DNA of 49,349 bases from Nemertoderma westbladi (taxonomy: Eukaryota > Animalia > Xenacoelomorpha), in the NCBI GenBank assembly GCA_032718475.1, contig JAUCBJ010003375.1:1-49349 (forward strand), given 5' to 3'. The stretch's first letter is position 1. The number at the start of each line of letters is the position of its first letter. A program made the position numbers and the translations under genes. Below, in pieces: positions 47,773-49,349 of this stretch. The notes beneath the pieces are model-generated. The model searched no databases, was not told the DNA's origin, and worked only from the letters and a program-made list of their open reading frames with translations.

Positions 47773-49349
47773 TATACCAGATTTCCTGCTGTTATATTTC
47801 ACTTTGCAGTTTATGCCCATGTGAATAATGCCATCCTATCACTAAATACCCAGATATGGGTGCTCTATGGGTGCTAGAAGTTGGTGCAATAGGAAAATAT
47901 TAATTTCTAACTATCTGATAAAAACATTTTTCTAGGTTTTCTGGAACCCTGCTTACAATGTCAATAATTTTCACCTATCCATGAGCGGTCTGCTAGTTGT
48001 CTTTGCGTGCACACCAACAAAAATATCAACTTGTTAAAACTTTTTTATATCTTCTAAATAAATTAATTAATTTTCATAACAATATCAAAATTTAGATAAA
48101 AGGTAGCGGTTCCATAAGAAAAAATAGTCATTAAAATGAGAGATAAGAAAATGGAGGATATCCCTTACAAATGTAACGAATTGGTCAGCTCTATTGTTCT
48201 AGAACAATTATCAGTAGCAAAAAATACAACAATAACTAATATATTGTAAAATAATGACTATTGATGAATGATGACTCCGCGAACCGTGTAACTTAAAACT
48301 CAAGCCATTGTGATTGCTAGTGAGTAAAAACCTTCTTGAGCACACAGTCTGCGTGGATCTACATTATTCATATTGCTTTTGTGTTTAAAAACAATTTTTT
48401 TCAAAATACATACTAACATTTTCTATACAAAGTAATAAGCAATTTGTGATAAAAAATATTTAGAGGGAAAAATACGAGCACTGAACAAGCGTCGAAAATA
48501 CTAGCTAGACCTACCTAAAACAGTCACCATGAAATCTAGTAGATTTCTTAACGGTGAGGCTACAAATACGTCTATGGACTAAATTTCAGCAAAATAACAA
48601 TTTCGAGAATTATCCCATTACATAACTATTATAAAAAAACATTGTTTTGTATATGAGTAGAAAATTGGCCTCCATTTCTAATTATCTTCAACGTTTGCAA
48701 AACCTTTACTGAGATTGATGTTAGATAAATTAATACAATATTCTAGAATGGTGGAATTTTTACTATTATTTACTTATCACCATCTCCTGAAATATTAACC
48801 ACTTACATCATTGTGTGCAAAGTAGCACTTTGCAGCGTTACGACCCGAGTCTATTTATGCACCGAGCGAGCGCAGCGAGGGAGGTTTACATAAATAAATC
48901 AAGAGATCATATTAACGCTGAAAAGTGACCTTTGCAAGCAATGATGTACTGTAATTTTGTTACATTATGTCACCTTATCAGCGTTCGGTATGTGAAGAAA
49001 GGATTTTATGGATGCTCATTTAAACATTTTAATCATGTACTATTTCGAATATAAGTGAAATTTAATAACAGGTACACAGTATTAATTATACATTTAAATC
49101 TAATTAAGGTTTATTGGAAGTTATCTCCTGCTTGGATGTGATAAATCATTAATCCATCTTGACTATTATAGTCGACTGAAGCAAACTTAGTCACCGTCTG
49201 TGTCCGTTCAGTTTTACTGAACTTCTATTGGACGTTTCGCCATAATGGATTACAGTACACGTTAAACAATTATTTACATACAGTAGCTAGTCCCGTCACT
49301 GCAAACTGGATAATAAAGCAGCACTCATTAACATAAATGGAAATAATAC

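Noticed and set aside
47810-47880. Strong acceptor (ttttcactttgcag) as a candidate next FN3 exon
   Set aside because: The required frame stops after ~22 codons with no FN3 motif. It could be a terminal exon, but nothing supports that here.

Overview
This is eukaryotic (metazoan, probably invertebrate) AT-rich genomic DNA. No prokaryotic operon or CRISPR array is present. Nearly the whole window lies inside one + strand gene for an uncharacterised multi-fibronectin-type-III (FN3) protein. I traced 17 GT-AG exons by hand (1909..41824); they join in one frame (~1050 codons, about 10 FN3 repeats), and neither the start nor the stop was located. Its introns hold an intact omega-amidase NIT2 CDS (same strand) and an orphan single-pass membrane protein (antisense). 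An intact myo-inositol-2-dehydrogenase-like Gfo/Idh/MocA CDS lies antisense just after the last exon found. All three CDSs lack introns. The window also contains a rearranged Ty3/Gypsy element, two LINE fragments, tRNA-derived SINEs, several MITE or hairpin elements, and 13 unrelated tandem arrays covering roughly 40% of the sequence. The most unusual observation is that three arrays (58, 31 and 46 bp units) are amplifications of the host gene's own exon/5' splice-site junctions, and in each case an in-frame stop follows the first donor. Most long ORFs in the supplied track are translations of these repeats.
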